A stretch of 64,000 nucleotides of DNA, taken from Octopus sinensis. Taxonomy: Eukaryota. This document shows, one piece after another, positions 1 to 13,328 of the stretch; position 1 is the first letter of the stretch; each line of letters starts with the position of its first letter. Location: positions 26,908,001 through 26,972,000 of the forward strand of contig NC_043017.1 in NCBI RefSeq assembly GCF_006345805.1, in the 5' to 3' direction. A program made the translations under genes and the position numbers. Below the pieces are notes generated by a model. It was not told the DNA's origin. It searched no databases and saw nothing but the letters and a program-made list of their open reading frames with translations.

Positions 1-498
1 CTCCTTCCCTTTCACTATAACATATTTTACTGGCTTCTCTTCTCACATTCAGCTCTCCTAACTATATATGTTCATTCTTAGCGCTTATTCTCTGATCTAC
101 CTCGACTTTATCGCGTCTATACATTACACTTACGTCGTAACACAAACCGAAAGTAAAAGTAACCAGCTCCACGTGACGATTTGTTATTTCACGCAAGAAG
201 GTCAAGACGATACGTCGTATTGTGAAAGTGCAGTCAACGCTACATACCGCGTAGTTCTTTTCACAGACAAAGAATGGCGGTCAGAAGGTACAGATTCTGC
301 GCAGACGTAAATAGAGATGAGTTGATGAAAGAGTAGAGTATTAGCATACCGTGCTTGCTTGACTGTATCAACCCAATCGTCAGTGCTGTCTTTATTCTTG
401 ATATATTGGCGTCGTTGTTATTCTGTCTGTAGTGAGTATGTATCCTTTGTCTGTATGAGCGTGAGAATGACAACGGGAATAATATTATGCTACGAAAA

Positions 499-790
499 GG
501 CGGCGAGCTGGCAGAAACGGTAGCACACAAAACGCGTAATTTGAAAAAAATATATATATTTCTCTTTCCAATATTGCAGATGTTTTCCGCGTCATATTTA
601 TAGAAGAGAACATTATCGATACGTGGTTACGTGAGTTCAAATTCCGCCGAGGTCCACTTAGTCTTTCATCTTTCGGGGTCGATAATTTAAGAAGCAGTGG
701 CGTACTGGATTCGATCTAATTGACTGACACCTCCCATAACATAACATAAGTACCAGCTGTGTACTGGCGTCGATGTAATCGAATTCCCCA
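499..790 (+). mobile_element. SINE family A copy, interrupted by a ~100-bp foreign patch
   Basis: Head GGCGGCGAGCTGGCAGAAAC at 499. Body GAGTTCAAATTCCGCCGAGGTC...TTTCGGGGTCGATAA resumes at ~632 and matches the intact copies at 53522 and 50241. Confidence 0.75.
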
Positions 791-1864
791 CCGGCAAAGA
801 AACAAAAACAAAAACAAAAACACATGCTGGCCGTGTACCAAAATTGGAAACCACTTTTAAGGCAGCGATCTGACAGGATCGTTCGCACGCCAGTCGAAAA
901 TTCTTAGTACTATTCCGCTCGCTTTTACGTCCCGGGTTCAAACTCCGCCGAAATAGACATTAATTTGAAGCTTCTCGGGTTTCATACAAAAAGTACAAAT
1001 TGAGCATTGCGTTCCATGCAATTGACACATCGTCCCCTCAAAATTGAGGGCATCGTGCCCAAATTAGAATACGCTATTAAGTGTAAGCACGGAATAAGGT
1101 TGACATAATTTATTCTGTTCAAGGAGCTCTGAACTTATGAATAAAATGTTTGCACATATCTTTTTACAGCAAGATTTGGTTTCGGTATTCATCAAAGGTG
1201 TCTGAGATGCGGAAGAAATTTAACTTTATAATCATTTCGTGTGACATTATAAAGGTTCTTCGCATGATTTAAATTCAATATATTTCCCTTCACATTCAAA
1301 TTATATTCAGAAACCATCTGCTTCGGATTTCCTTCATAATTTCCTAAGGATGATAATAGACGTATGAGTAACGTTATGATTTCCAATTATTATTGAACAT
1401 GAGAGCAATTTATGTTGCATCACTCACAAGTCCATAAAATTAGATTTCCGTATTATTTGTCTTTCATTCCATCAAATATATCAGAAGCTTCCTAACATAA
1501 GGATACAGTTTTATTAGAGAATAATGATATCACACAAAATTTAACGAGAAAGATCCTTTGTATTAAATTTCGTTCTATACCTACCCCACTCTACATCCTT
1601 CTCCCTGCGTTTCGACATTGCAATGGACATTTCAAGGGTATATTCATTTGAGCGGGATCATTTATGTGTGATTTAGATTATTATACAGAAGTATCTCGAA
1701 TTTGATGCCCTGGGTGGATGGTCTTCAAACCAATTAAACGCACGTATTCATATCGTGAGAAGTCTGCATGATTCTCAGATGTCGATGCGGGAAAATACGT
1801 CGCACTTTTCCATAAATGCAACATACATACATACGCGCGCACACACACACACACACAGGACATA

Positions 1865-1998
1865 TATGTGTATATATATAGTATATATATATATATGTAT
1901 ATGATTGTTGGTGTGTGTGAGTGTGTGAATATATTTAAATATGTCTCTCCGTCTCAATTTATATATATATATATATATATAAGTATATATATATATAT

Positions 1999-2040
<42 letters not shown>

Positions 2041-2044
2041 CATA

Positions 2045-2103
<59 letters not shown>

Positions 2104-2110
2104 TGTATTC
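1865..2110. repeat. compound (TA)n/(TG)n/(TATG)n microsatellite
   Basis: Read directly from the sequence. Confidence 0.95.
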
Positions 2111-2119
2111 ATTTATTAT

Positions 2120-2360
2120 TTTTAGTTGTTTCAGTCATTTGACTTCGCTGCATTTAGCCGAACAAATCGGCCCTAGGGGTTCTATTTGGGAAACCAAATA
2201 CTTATGCTATCGATGTATTTTGTCGAACCACTACACCACTAAATTACGGCAGACATAAACAGACAAACATCGGTTGTCAAGCAATGGGGGAGGGGAAAAT
2301 AAAGACACAGAAATGCATACATACATACATACACACACACACACATACATATATGTATAC

Positions 2361-2403
<43 letters not shown>

Positions 2404-2694
2404 GTGTGTGTATCTCTGTGTGTATGTGTATGTATGTATGTATGCATTTGTGTGTCTTTATTTTCCCCTCCACCATTGCTTGACAACCGATGATTGTCTG
2501 TTTATGTCCGCCGTATATATTTATACAAACGACAGGCTTTCCCCTACCAAATCTACAAATCAAACCTACGAGGCTTTGGTCCGCCCGAGGGTATTAACCA
2601 AGACATTATTTGTGCAAAGTGACACGCAGTGGGACTGAACACGGAACCATATGATTGAGAAACAAACTTCTTACTACACAGCCACTCATACGCC
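2120..2694 (-). mobile_element. SINE family B copy (diverged) with internal fold-back duplication
   Basis: Reverse complement of the family B tail (TTGTTTCAGTCATTTGAC, ~2126) and head (CTTACTACACAGCCACTCATACGCC, ending 2694), with an internal TA/CA microsatellite. Confidence 0.8.
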
Positions 2695-2708
2695 TGTATA
2701 ACCACTCC

Positions 2709-2793
<85 letters not shown>

Positions 2794-3059
2794 GTGAACA
2801 AAAATATATATACGAAATCACAAATAAATAGAAAACAGACGCAAAATGTCGCCGAATCCTTGCCAGTTATCTTCCATAAAATCTCAGCAATTTTGCGTCT
2901 TTAAACTTATGAAGATTTGGCAACCTTCTGTGTTTGTTTTTCGTTTGTTTGTGCTTTGACGCATATTATGGTTCTTAACTTATTCTTTAACAGAACGCTA
3001 CTGATTGCGTCCTCTTTTCTTCCTACTAAATGATTATATATATATACATATATACAGAG

Positions 3060-3064
<5 letters not shown>

Positions 3065-3105
<41 letters not shown>

Positions 3106-3152
3106 TATATATAGATATTATATAGATATAGATAGATAGATAGATAGATAGG

Positions 3153-3200
<48 letters not shown>
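3065..3200. repeat. (TA)n + (TAGA)n microsatellite
   Basis: Read directly from the sequence. Confidence 0.95.
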
Positions 3201-3202
<2 letters not shown>

Positions 3203-4286
3203 CACGTCAGGGTGTAAACCTCCGTGAAGCAGAATTGAACAGTTTATTCCAGCAGATAAATATTCTTACTATCAGTAACTTCTGTTATGAGAGCTGCTAT
3301 CCTTACCAGTTAGCCACTTTAAATTCCCATAATATCATACATGTAGAGGAATCGCGTTCATTTGTAAGCCTTACGTTATAGAATACTGTGGTTCATTTCG
3401 ATGTATCTTCTACATAAACCCAGAGACTTCTTTTAATCATGCCGTCTAAAATTCCATTTTGTTTTCATTCTATTTTATCAAATTTAATACTAAACAAATT
3501 CCCATCGTCATATCTATGTCATAGAGGTTTCGTTTGCAATTGTAACACCAGCATGGCTTACTTCGGCCAGTGATCAGAAGAACCTGGGGATTCTCACCTG
3601 CAAATAGTTAGAATGAATTAAAATTCTAGATATTCTTCGTTCGTATTCTTGACAATAATTTTCTTTGTGGATAATAGTTTTCACCTCAAAACGAGTAAGT
3701 TGAAAAAAATATATATTTCTCTTTCCAATATTGCAATTTTTTTCCGTGTCATGTTTATACAAGAGACCATTATTGATACATGGTTAATGTTACACTTATT
3801 TTAATATTCTTTGGTTTCCTTCATCATATGTATTTTATTCAGATTTCATTCCACCTTCTCTTTGTACATACATCTTCAAAAAAATTTGTCGCTTAAACAA
3901 ACGAACAATCGTATAATTTTCTTTCGTGTTCTTTATGATCTCTTTCTAAGGAGTGATATTTCTTTCCGCACACTTACACATATGCCATGTTTTCCACAAA
4001 AAAAAACAAATAACTTTTATCATATATACAAATATGTGTAGGTGAGCTTATATATTTATATGTGTGTGTATATGAATGTGGGTGAAAAAATTTGGGTGAT
4101 GTATATTTATTAAATATAATATATAAATATTACGGGGAATGCTGTAATCTTGGTGGAATATTTTCTTCTTATTAGATACGATTTTCCCTTTCAAATGTAG
4201 GATTCGTGAAAAAAATTGCTCTTTATCTTATATGAATATATTCATATATATTTCTGGATCAATCTATCTATGCCTTATCAATCTCT

Positions 4287-4295
4287 CTGTCCACA

Positions 4296-4386
<91 letters not shown>

Positions 4387-4700
4387 ATATCTATCAATAT
4401 ATCAATCTATCTATCTATCTGTTTATCTATCTCTCTCTATATATAACTCTCTATCTATCTATGTATGTATCTATCTATCAATTTATCTATCTATCTATAT
4501 ATCTATCTATCAATCTATCAATCTATCTATCAATCTGTTTATCTATCTCTCTATCTATCTATGTATCTATCTATCTATCAATTTATATATCTATCTATCT
4601 ATCTATCTATCTATTTATATATCTATGAATATATATATATAAATATATATATGAATATATATATATATATACATATATACATATATATATATATATATCC
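4287..4700. repeat. degenerate (TATC)n followed by (TA)n
   Basis: Read directly; it explains the IYLS-repeat ORFs. Confidence 0.95.
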
Positions 4701-6079
4701 ATAAACACACATGCTCGTACATATGCACGCACGTTCACACAGAGACGCAAACACAGACACACACTCAAACACTCACACACACCAATGCATACGCACACAG
4801 GCGTGCATACGCGTATGTTCTGTCGTTTGTTGCTAATGCCCAAAAAATCTTTGTATCTCTAGAAGCAAGCTATGATACATACAAGAGTTTATTTTCACAA
4901 CATAAGAAAAAAGTATTAGCTAGTACTTCAAAATGAAATATTCCAAATGTTAATATGAGTTTCGAGATGTAGAAAGCAAAAATTAATGAATTTTACAATT
5001 TTTTTTTCAGCAGTTTTCATTTTTTTCATTTTTTTTTTTGAAAAGTGTATAAGCAGAAATAGATATTTACTTCAAGTCTATAATATTATAATATCTATAA
5101 AGAAATAGATAGGCATGTAAAATATGATTTGCTTTATTTTTTTAATATTTTCTCTCCGACTTTTTCTGCTCCATTCTTATTTCCTCATCCTATATGCAAG
5201 AGTGTTTTTGAGAGTATACAATTACATATGTTGACACACGAGCGGCTGCCTGCATACACATACGCGCATATATGCCTGTATATGTGTGTATATACACATG
5301 TATATATATATGCATCTATATATATATAATAACAAGTTTACGTATACACATTTATATTGGTATGTGGACGTTTTATAATCCATACACATACGTGTATAAA
5401 TATTGAAAAACTTTTCTTTTAAACATATTATATTAAAACCACGTTTTTGTTCCATTCCATTTATTTTATTCAGGATCTTTTTACATTTCCATATTAGACC
5501 TTTACGTTTTCCGTTCGATAAAAATGCTCCCTAATCGGAGACCTTCCCAGTTTTATGTTCAAATTAAGGTGTTGTAAACCTGGTATTACACGCATTCTCT
5601 GTTAAGTTATCATTAGAATAATAAGATATTTTTATGAAATTCTGTCCGTCTTCAAACGCCAGTGAAATGGATTTTTGAATATTCTTTCTCAAGATGAACA
5701 TGCCGGACAAATGAGAAAAAATAAAAGTGATCACTATATTATCATACTTGAAACTAACATATATTTATATATGATCGTGGGTGTATATATACGTGGGTGT
5801 ATATAGTTAAACATGAGTGTGGTTTTATATTCAAACTTCGTTCCTACGTAAAGATTTTTATTTCCTAATGAAACCTGGGCCCAGTTAATTATGCTCACTG
5901 GTCAGTGAGCAGAGGTGTTTGTCAATGTCATAGAAGGAAATGAATGTGTAATGAAAAAGCAGGGTCTCATAATCTCCCCCTGATTTCCGAAAGAACTGTA
6001 AAATGTTAGGGGGCAACTTGACTGTCAGAATGTCGTTAGCCCGAAATAACATCTATAAGATTATTACGATACATTTACT

Positions 6080-6304
6080 ATTTCTATTTTTTTACTAACC
6101 ACAAGGGACTAAACACAGAAGGACAGACAGACGGATTAAATCGATTATATCGACCCCAGTGCGTAACTGGTACTTAATCTATCGACCCCGAAAGGATGAA
6201 AGGCAAAGTCAACCTCGGCGGAATTTGAACTCAGAACGTAGCGGCAGATGAAATACCGCTAAGCATTTCGCCCGGCGTGCTAACGTTTCTGCCAGCTCAT
6301 CGCC
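6080..6304 (-). mobile_element. SINE family A, near full length
   Basis: Reverse complement of the family A sequence, ending ...CGTTTCTGCCAGCTCATCGCC. Confidence 0.9.
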
Positions 6305-7230
6305 TTCATTAACACCATATCAAAATTAGTTGCAGGGCACATCGTTTGTTGAGCCATACAGCATCACCAGGCATTGGGAAATGTAACTTAACTCGAATCT
6401 TCCTTCTGTAAACGATAAAGCAACTGTAAAATTATTACATTTCTAGTGGTCAGCTACTCGCTCATGCGAACGTTGCGAGAAAATATCATAAAAACACGAG
6501 GCGTGTTCTGCTATAAATATCATTTCTTTCTGATAACAACAATAAAATTATGCGATAATATTGTTAAATTGAATATTTCCTAGTTTCCAAAAATCTATAA
6601 GAATTGCGCAAGTGTATGAATGAGAGTGGGGAATGGCCTTGAGAGGAGTAAATACATACGTGCATTAGAGAATAGTTTATCTCTGGTAATATCTTTCTTT
6701 ATTTCTGTTCAATATTTCTTAGAATATATTCGATGCAACAGATAACAGGATAAACAATTGATGAAAGGTGAGATCATAACATTAGATGTAACTTTCAGTC
6801 TCATAAAATAACACTTCGTTGATGTATTATCGGCTGAATGTGTCATGTACAAGGAAACGAAGAAAGAAGATTGGACATGGCATTACGTCAAGTGTTAATC
6901 AATGAACGTTTAGATGTTGAGAAAGATATTCTCAATGACTATTCGCTTGATTTATAGACGGTAAACAATACAAAGTTGTTGACACAACGCGCGCGAACAG
7001 ACAGGCACACACAGGCACATAGACAGGCACACACATATGAACGAGTATATATTAATGTTATATGTATGTAGCTATGTATGCATGTATGTATGCATTGATG
7101 TTTGCTGTGTGTCATATATGAAAACAATTTCACACGACACTGGAGACTTATTCAATATATTTACCAGTGTACATGTTTATTAAACATTTATAGCAGATGT
7201 GTGACAGAGATTTCAATAGTACACGTTCAT

Positions 7231-7271
<41 letters not shown>

Positions 7272-7908
7272 CATATTTATAGATTTGTAAACACACCCAA
7301 AGAGTGTAAATTACAGATAAGTGCATAAGTCCTTTCCTATAATAATACTTATATATGATTTACAATAATATATGCTCCATTCGAAGCAATAAAACTTAAA
7401 CCTAAACTGAAACAATGATCCGAACAAATGGGAATTGAATACGACATCAATGCTTACACAGATCCATACAAAACCATTTTACCCCCATCAATATCAGCCA
7501 AATTTAAGGTACAGATTTTAATATGTAGATGTTAATGTATAGAATTTTTACGTAGAGATTGTAGACAAGAATATATATCTATACGTTTGTAAACAAACTC
7601 GAAGACAGTAAATTACGGAGAAATTACGGCGACACACATAGTTCCTTTTTTAATATTAACTATTATTATATATTAATTACAATAATATTTGCTACATTTA
7701 AAGCGACCAAACCTAAACGATCGATTGAAAAACACAATTGTATGGATTTAGTCGTTTTAAATGGAGTATATATTATTGCAAATTATTCATAACCATAGTT
7801 CCTACACACAATCAAAGATACACAAGACGTGGCCAGAAATATAGAGAATTGTTTAAAAATTAAAACTAAATTTTTTCTAACTACAATTCGAATCAAATTA
7901 ATACAATT

Positions 7909-7939
<31 letters not shown>

Positions 7940-8250
7940 ATATTTCTATCGGTTTGTTTCGAGACGCATAATTTATAATGGTTAATTGACATTTTTTGTC
8001 TTTTTTCTCGGCATATTTGGCATTAGAATTTTTTTTTGCCCTTATATTGTTAATTATTTATAAATTTAACATTTAAAGGTATTTTTTGATATGCTGGCCA
8101 TTGATGAATTTTTTTTCCCGAAAGAAATTTTATCCTACATTAGTTATATATATATATATATGAATTGGGCGTCCCGAACCCCTATAGTAGAAGACACTTG
8201 ACCAAGGTGCAAAGCAGTTATTATTATTATTTAATAATAATAAAAATAAT

Positions 8251-8400
8251 AACATCGAAAAATACCTTAGGAATGAGAACCCAGGTTCGAAATTTCCCCA
8301 ACACACCTGATGAAAGCTGGATGGCATATCAGCCGAAACCTTTTGCTAACAACAAACAAGATGAGGACAAATATCCGTTCAATATAAATCAGGTAAATTA
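8251..8400 (+). mobile_element. Penelope-type repeat fragment with decayed hammerhead motif
   Basis: CTGATGA (8307-8313), a GCTGG/TCAGC stem, then GAAA (8335-8338). The cleavage-site region is altered (CCTT). Confidence 0.5.
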
Positions 8401-8642
8401 TGTATACACATCTTTATGTTCACAATTTATGTCGCAATTTCCACTCTTGTCTGTGGTAGTATTCTTTCTCACTTAAGAACAAGCAGCGAATTCTTCTCTG
8501 CGGATTTCTCATTCACCCACTTCTTCTTTCAATGTACTGTGTTTAGTTATTGTATGCTGTTTCATTCATTATAAGACTTTTATGAATTTCTTTGGATGGT
8601 TTCATCCTGTAATACAACGAAAAGTATCTAAAACTCATTTTT

Positions 8643-8805
8643 GCGAATAAACTTCCAAAGCATTGTTGCAATTTTCCACAAATATTCCATCATTTACATG
8701 CTTCACAGGTGTTGGTCATGTAGCGAATAAACTTTCCAACCATTGGCTGCAATTTTCCACAAATATTCCATCCTTTACATGCTTCACAGGTGTTGGTCAT
8801 GTAGC
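8643..8805. repeat. 2x ~81-bp tandem duplication
   Basis: AATTTTCCACAAATATTCC at 8670 and 8751; GGTCATGTAGC ending at 8724 and 8805. Confidence 0.95.
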
Positions 8806-9224
8806 TCCGTTTACTTTCCCTTGCTTTATAATGTTCCTCTGCATGTCCTATGATAGCTAGATTTTAAACTCAACACAAATCGACTTCCAGTTTTCAGTTG
8901 ATTTCACACGTTTCTCTTAATAACTATCGGCTATTTTAAGCGTTATTTTGCAATACTTTATTTCCCCGACATTAAAAAAAAATTCTTTTCTGTCATAGTT
9001 TCGTAGCTGCTTGCATTAAGTCTCCATTATTCAACTCTAAATTGTTTTCTAATCCCACAGTAGGTATTTCGGAATTTTCATCTCGTTGTATAAGGCCTTA
9101 GAACACTTTCACTGCTAGAATGTATTAAATTTCTTTGTCAGATGCCGTGCAGTGTATTTTAAATATAGCCAATATATACTGTTCTTCATATCTAGTTATT
9201 TCTGCTATAATAAACAACACAACC

Positions 9225-9249
9225 ATCATCATCATCGTCGTCGTCGTCG

Positions 9250-9293
<44 letters not shown>

Positions 9294-9475
9294 TTCATCA
9301 TCATCACCACCATCCTCATCATCATGATCATCATCATGATCATCATCATGATCGTCAACATTATCATCATCATCATGATCATCATCATCCTCAATATCAT
9401 CATCGTCATCGTCATCGTTATAATCGTCATCATCATGATCATCAGGATAATCATCGTCAGCATCATCGCCAACAT
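9225..9475. repeat. (ATC)n/(GTC)n trinucleotide microsatellite
   Basis: Read directly; source of the poly-His/Asp/Ile/Met ORFs. Confidence 0.95.
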
Positions 9476-9539
9476 GTATATATGCGTGCACACATACATA
9501 CACGAATGCACGCACGTGTCTGTATCCACACTGTCTCTT

Positions 9540-9591
9540 AATATATATATATATATACATATATATAATGTATATATATAATATATATATA

Positions 9592-9625
<34 letters not shown>

Positions 9626-9683
9626 GTACATATATATATATATATATATAATATATATATATGTATATATATAATATATATAT

Positions 9684-9750
<67 letters not shown>
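9540..9750. repeat. (TA)n with single-base interruptions
   Basis: Read directly from the sequence. Confidence 0.95.
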
Positions 9751-10390
9751 GGGTAGAATGTGTGAGCAGGGGAAGCGATACAGACATAGACACGGATAGA
9801 AACATTCAGACAAAAAAGAAAAGAGACCGAGCGTGGTGGGTGAGGGAGAGATGGGAGAGAAAGCAGAACGGCTGTGTGCATCTCTATATGACTTTCTTTG
9901 CAATCAGCTATTTCTCTGTATATGTATGATTCTTTAAATATTACTTCACACCTTTCTCCGTTGCACCATTGCTACAAAACTCCGGAGTAAAATAATACAT
10001 AACTTGAAGGCAAATTATTGATTTTTCTTCTCTCTTTCTTTACTGTGAACGAACTATGTTAATAGAATCGCTTCAAGCAATTTTATTGCCGTTTTGTTTC
10101 AATTTAAATGAAACCAGAAAATATACAAGAAACGTTCAATTTCGCTTGATATTTTCAATTAAATATTCAGATAAAAGCTGACATTTCAAGTATGCTAAAA
10201 TCTTAGGTCTGCATCGAAATTGCATAGTTTCGAGTGATCGCGGTTTGATTATTGCAGAAAATACGTGACATGTGTGCATATGTAAGTACATACATGCATA
10301 TATATGTGGATTTGTGTCTATGTATCTGTTGATATTTATGCATATATATGTTCTGTATGCTTATATATATATATATTCTGTATGCATATA

Positions 10391-10423
<33 letters not shown>

Positions 10424-12511
10424 GAAAATAAGCAAGAAGGTTATCCAGAGGTAATACAGTACGATCGTTTCATGCAATTCCATTTAAATGAACAATGCAA
10501 TCATTAAATCAGTTTAAAATGCAGAGCAATACTCAGCTGCACAAAGACATATAATTTAATTAAATTAGAACACATTAGTATAATTAAACTTAAAATCTGC
10601 CACCTCTCCAGCATAGAAGTTACTCAGTTATCAAGAAGATATACGTTGTTACAGATTCTGCCTCTCACTGATTTTTTTGTTTTTCTGGGGTCAGTTTTAA
10701 TTTATAGACTAGTTTATCAAATCCTTATATATCTAAGGCTGAGAGGACAGAGGGCAGTATCTATTAGGGTTATGGCTGAGGGAGCAAACAGAAATCGTAG
10801 TTGGTATAGCCATAAAAATCAAGAAATTTCAGAAGCAATATCATGAGATTTGGTAAAGGAAGTCATAAAAGAAGTGGTTAGCGTAAAATTAAGGGGGTCG
10901 CCCACTAGCAGATCATTGATAATTAAACAGGGTAAGTCTTATCATGTACTAATATAGTTAAATATTGTAAACAATGTTATATATTTTATACAGTTAAAGT
11001 TTAGGGTTATTGAGAGAATTATTAAGAATAATATTATAACAAAAAGATAGAGATTTATGAATACGTTTGAGTATATACCAAATTTTTGCCACAATACATG
11101 GAGGAAAAGAAATTATCCAGATATAGTTTAATATTTATACATAATGTACACTTAAATACTAACTCATCAGATGGTATCTGTAAACATTGATTAATTGATA
11201 TATACTGGTTGGTATTAATAAAGGATCATCGAGGTAAAAGAACAAGCTAGTTATATATTAATAAAATTATAATCTAGGCGATTTTTAATAAGTTGCGAAT
11301 ATGCCAGTATAGTTTTGTGTAAACTAAGTATGAATTTATAGTGATATAAAAATTAGAATAATTTTATAAATAAGTAAAGTCTAATGACAAAATTAGAAAT
11401 AAATAAAGTAAAATAAACAAGTAGAGCAGAACACCATAGAAAAGGGATAAAATAGCTTAATTACTAATACTATGTTAAAGTATACACAGCTAATTAACAC
11501 CAATAGAGTAGATTTATAGAAGAAGCATAATTCAAAATATATTAGACTAAAAATTATATATTTACTTATTTAGCTAATATCAATAAAAGTCTCATGTCTG
11601 GTACCAGCTAATATGTGAGAGTGCGTGCGTATTAGCGTGTATGTATATGTGTGTGTGCTTCTGTGTTTGTGCTTGTGTTTGTGTGTGTGTGTGTGTGTGT
11701 GTATGTGTGTGTATGTGTGTGGTGTGTGTGTGTGTGTGTGTACCTGTCTAGTTGTCAGTTTTCAAGAGTATTTTAAAAAGATTCGCTAAGACGATAGATT
11801 TTATATAGTACGTGGTGTCCTGCTCGTATAGAAAACGTTTATGTAAATTTGGAATATCTAAATATTTTGGAATCTAGTGCACGCGTACACACACACATGC
11901 ATACATGATACATACATACGTACAGAAGCATGCGCAGGCAAACACACACACAGAAGTGCTTAAATACACGCTTACATGCCCGCATATTATTTTGCGCTGA
12001 CACAACGATCATAAAAAACAAACGCATAGAGAATAAATCTGATGTGGAGAGATATGTCTCCACCGAATAACAGTCATTCGTTTTAACAAATAATACACGT
12101 ATCCTCTTACGATCACAAAAAATAAATCTCCCAGCTGAATTTCGTTATAACTCTTACATTGTGTGAAATATAAAATTCTGTTCCACAAAGAGTGATGAAT
12201 AAGAAGATTTGATTTTATAAAAATTTATAGAAAACGACTTTTGTCTATTAGAAAATGAAAATTTACAAGAGATAAGTAACACTAAGCCAAATGTACAATA
12301 CTGTATTGTATAGTGAAAGAGACATTTTAACGGAAGGGACTGTAACGTATATTTTTATTGACAATAGTATGCTACGATTATTTGTTTCTGATTGAACGTA
12401 TAGAAGCCAGAACCACATAAATAGCAATCATTTAGAGAGTTGCACACGAGACATTCGTGGAGGCACATGACCTAGTGGTTAGAGCAATTATTATTATTAA
12501 TAGTGCATTAC

Positions 12512-12910
12512 CATGTGTCATGTGACTGTGGCCATGCTGGAGCACCGCCATTAGTCGAACAAATCGACCTCAAGACTTATTCTTTGTAAGCCTAGTACTT
12601 ATTCTATCGGTGTCTTTTGCCGAATCGCTAAGTTACGGGGACGTAAACACATCAGCATCGGTTGTCTATCGATCTTGGGGGACAAACATTGACACACAAA
12701 CATATACACACATACTTATACATATACCTATATATATATATATATATACGACAGGGTTCTGTCAGTGTCCGTCTATCAATCCACTCACAAGGCTTTGGTT
12801 TGCCCGAGGCTATAGTAGAAGACAATTGCGCAAGGTGCCACGCAGTGGGACTGATCGCGGAACGATGTAGTTCTTAAGCAAGCTTCTTACCACACAGCCA
12901 CTCTTGCGCC
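12512..12910 (-). mobile_element. SINE family B, full length
   Basis: Tail GGCCATGCTGGAGCACCGCC at ~12530, an internal (TA)n, and the head ending CCACTCTTGCGCC at 12910. Confidence 0.9.
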
Positions 12911-12994
12911 TGCTTCTCTTCTGTTAGGCACAAGGCAGGGCATGTGCCGTTCACATAAGTTATTTCCTGCTCACGTAGACTAAGTTGCGTCTTG

Positions 12995-13328
12995 TTTGCC
13001 TTTTGCCTTCGCAGTTAAAAATTCGCGGTATTTTTCTATGGGAAACTACGTGAAACTCATTCTAGCAAAGTTGAAAGAGCGAGTATGTTAATTTAGATAT
13101 TTCGTTTTATTTGCCTTTTGCTTTCGCAATTAAAATTTGCGGTATTTTTCTATGGGAAGCTACGTGAAACTCATCGTAGCAAAGTTGAAAGAGCGAGTGT
13201 GTTAATTTAGATATTTCGTTTTATTTTTCTTTTGCTTTCGCAGTTAAAATTCGCGGTATTTTTCTATGGGAAACTACGTGAGGCTCATCCTAGCAAAGTT
13301 GAAAGAGCGAGTATGTTAATTTAGATAT
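12995..13328. repeat. ~2.9 copies of a 114-bp minisatellite unit
   Basis: CTATGGGAA at 13036, 13150 and 13264 (period 114). Confidence 0.95.

Noticed and set aside
5893-5912. Short palindromes (TGCTCACTG-GT-CAGTGAGCA; also 1035-1052 and 2838-2900)
   Set aside because: Arms of 8-11 bp are not clearly above chance in 64 kb.
9125-9881. Long ORFs encoding poly-His, poly-Asp, poly-Ile or poly-Met
   Set aside because: They are translations of (ATC)n and (TA)n microsatellites, open in several frames on both strands, with no splice or codon evidence.
10700-11600. AT-rich block that might be a decayed Penelope RT
   Set aside because: No RT or GIY-YIG motif could be reconstructed in any frame.
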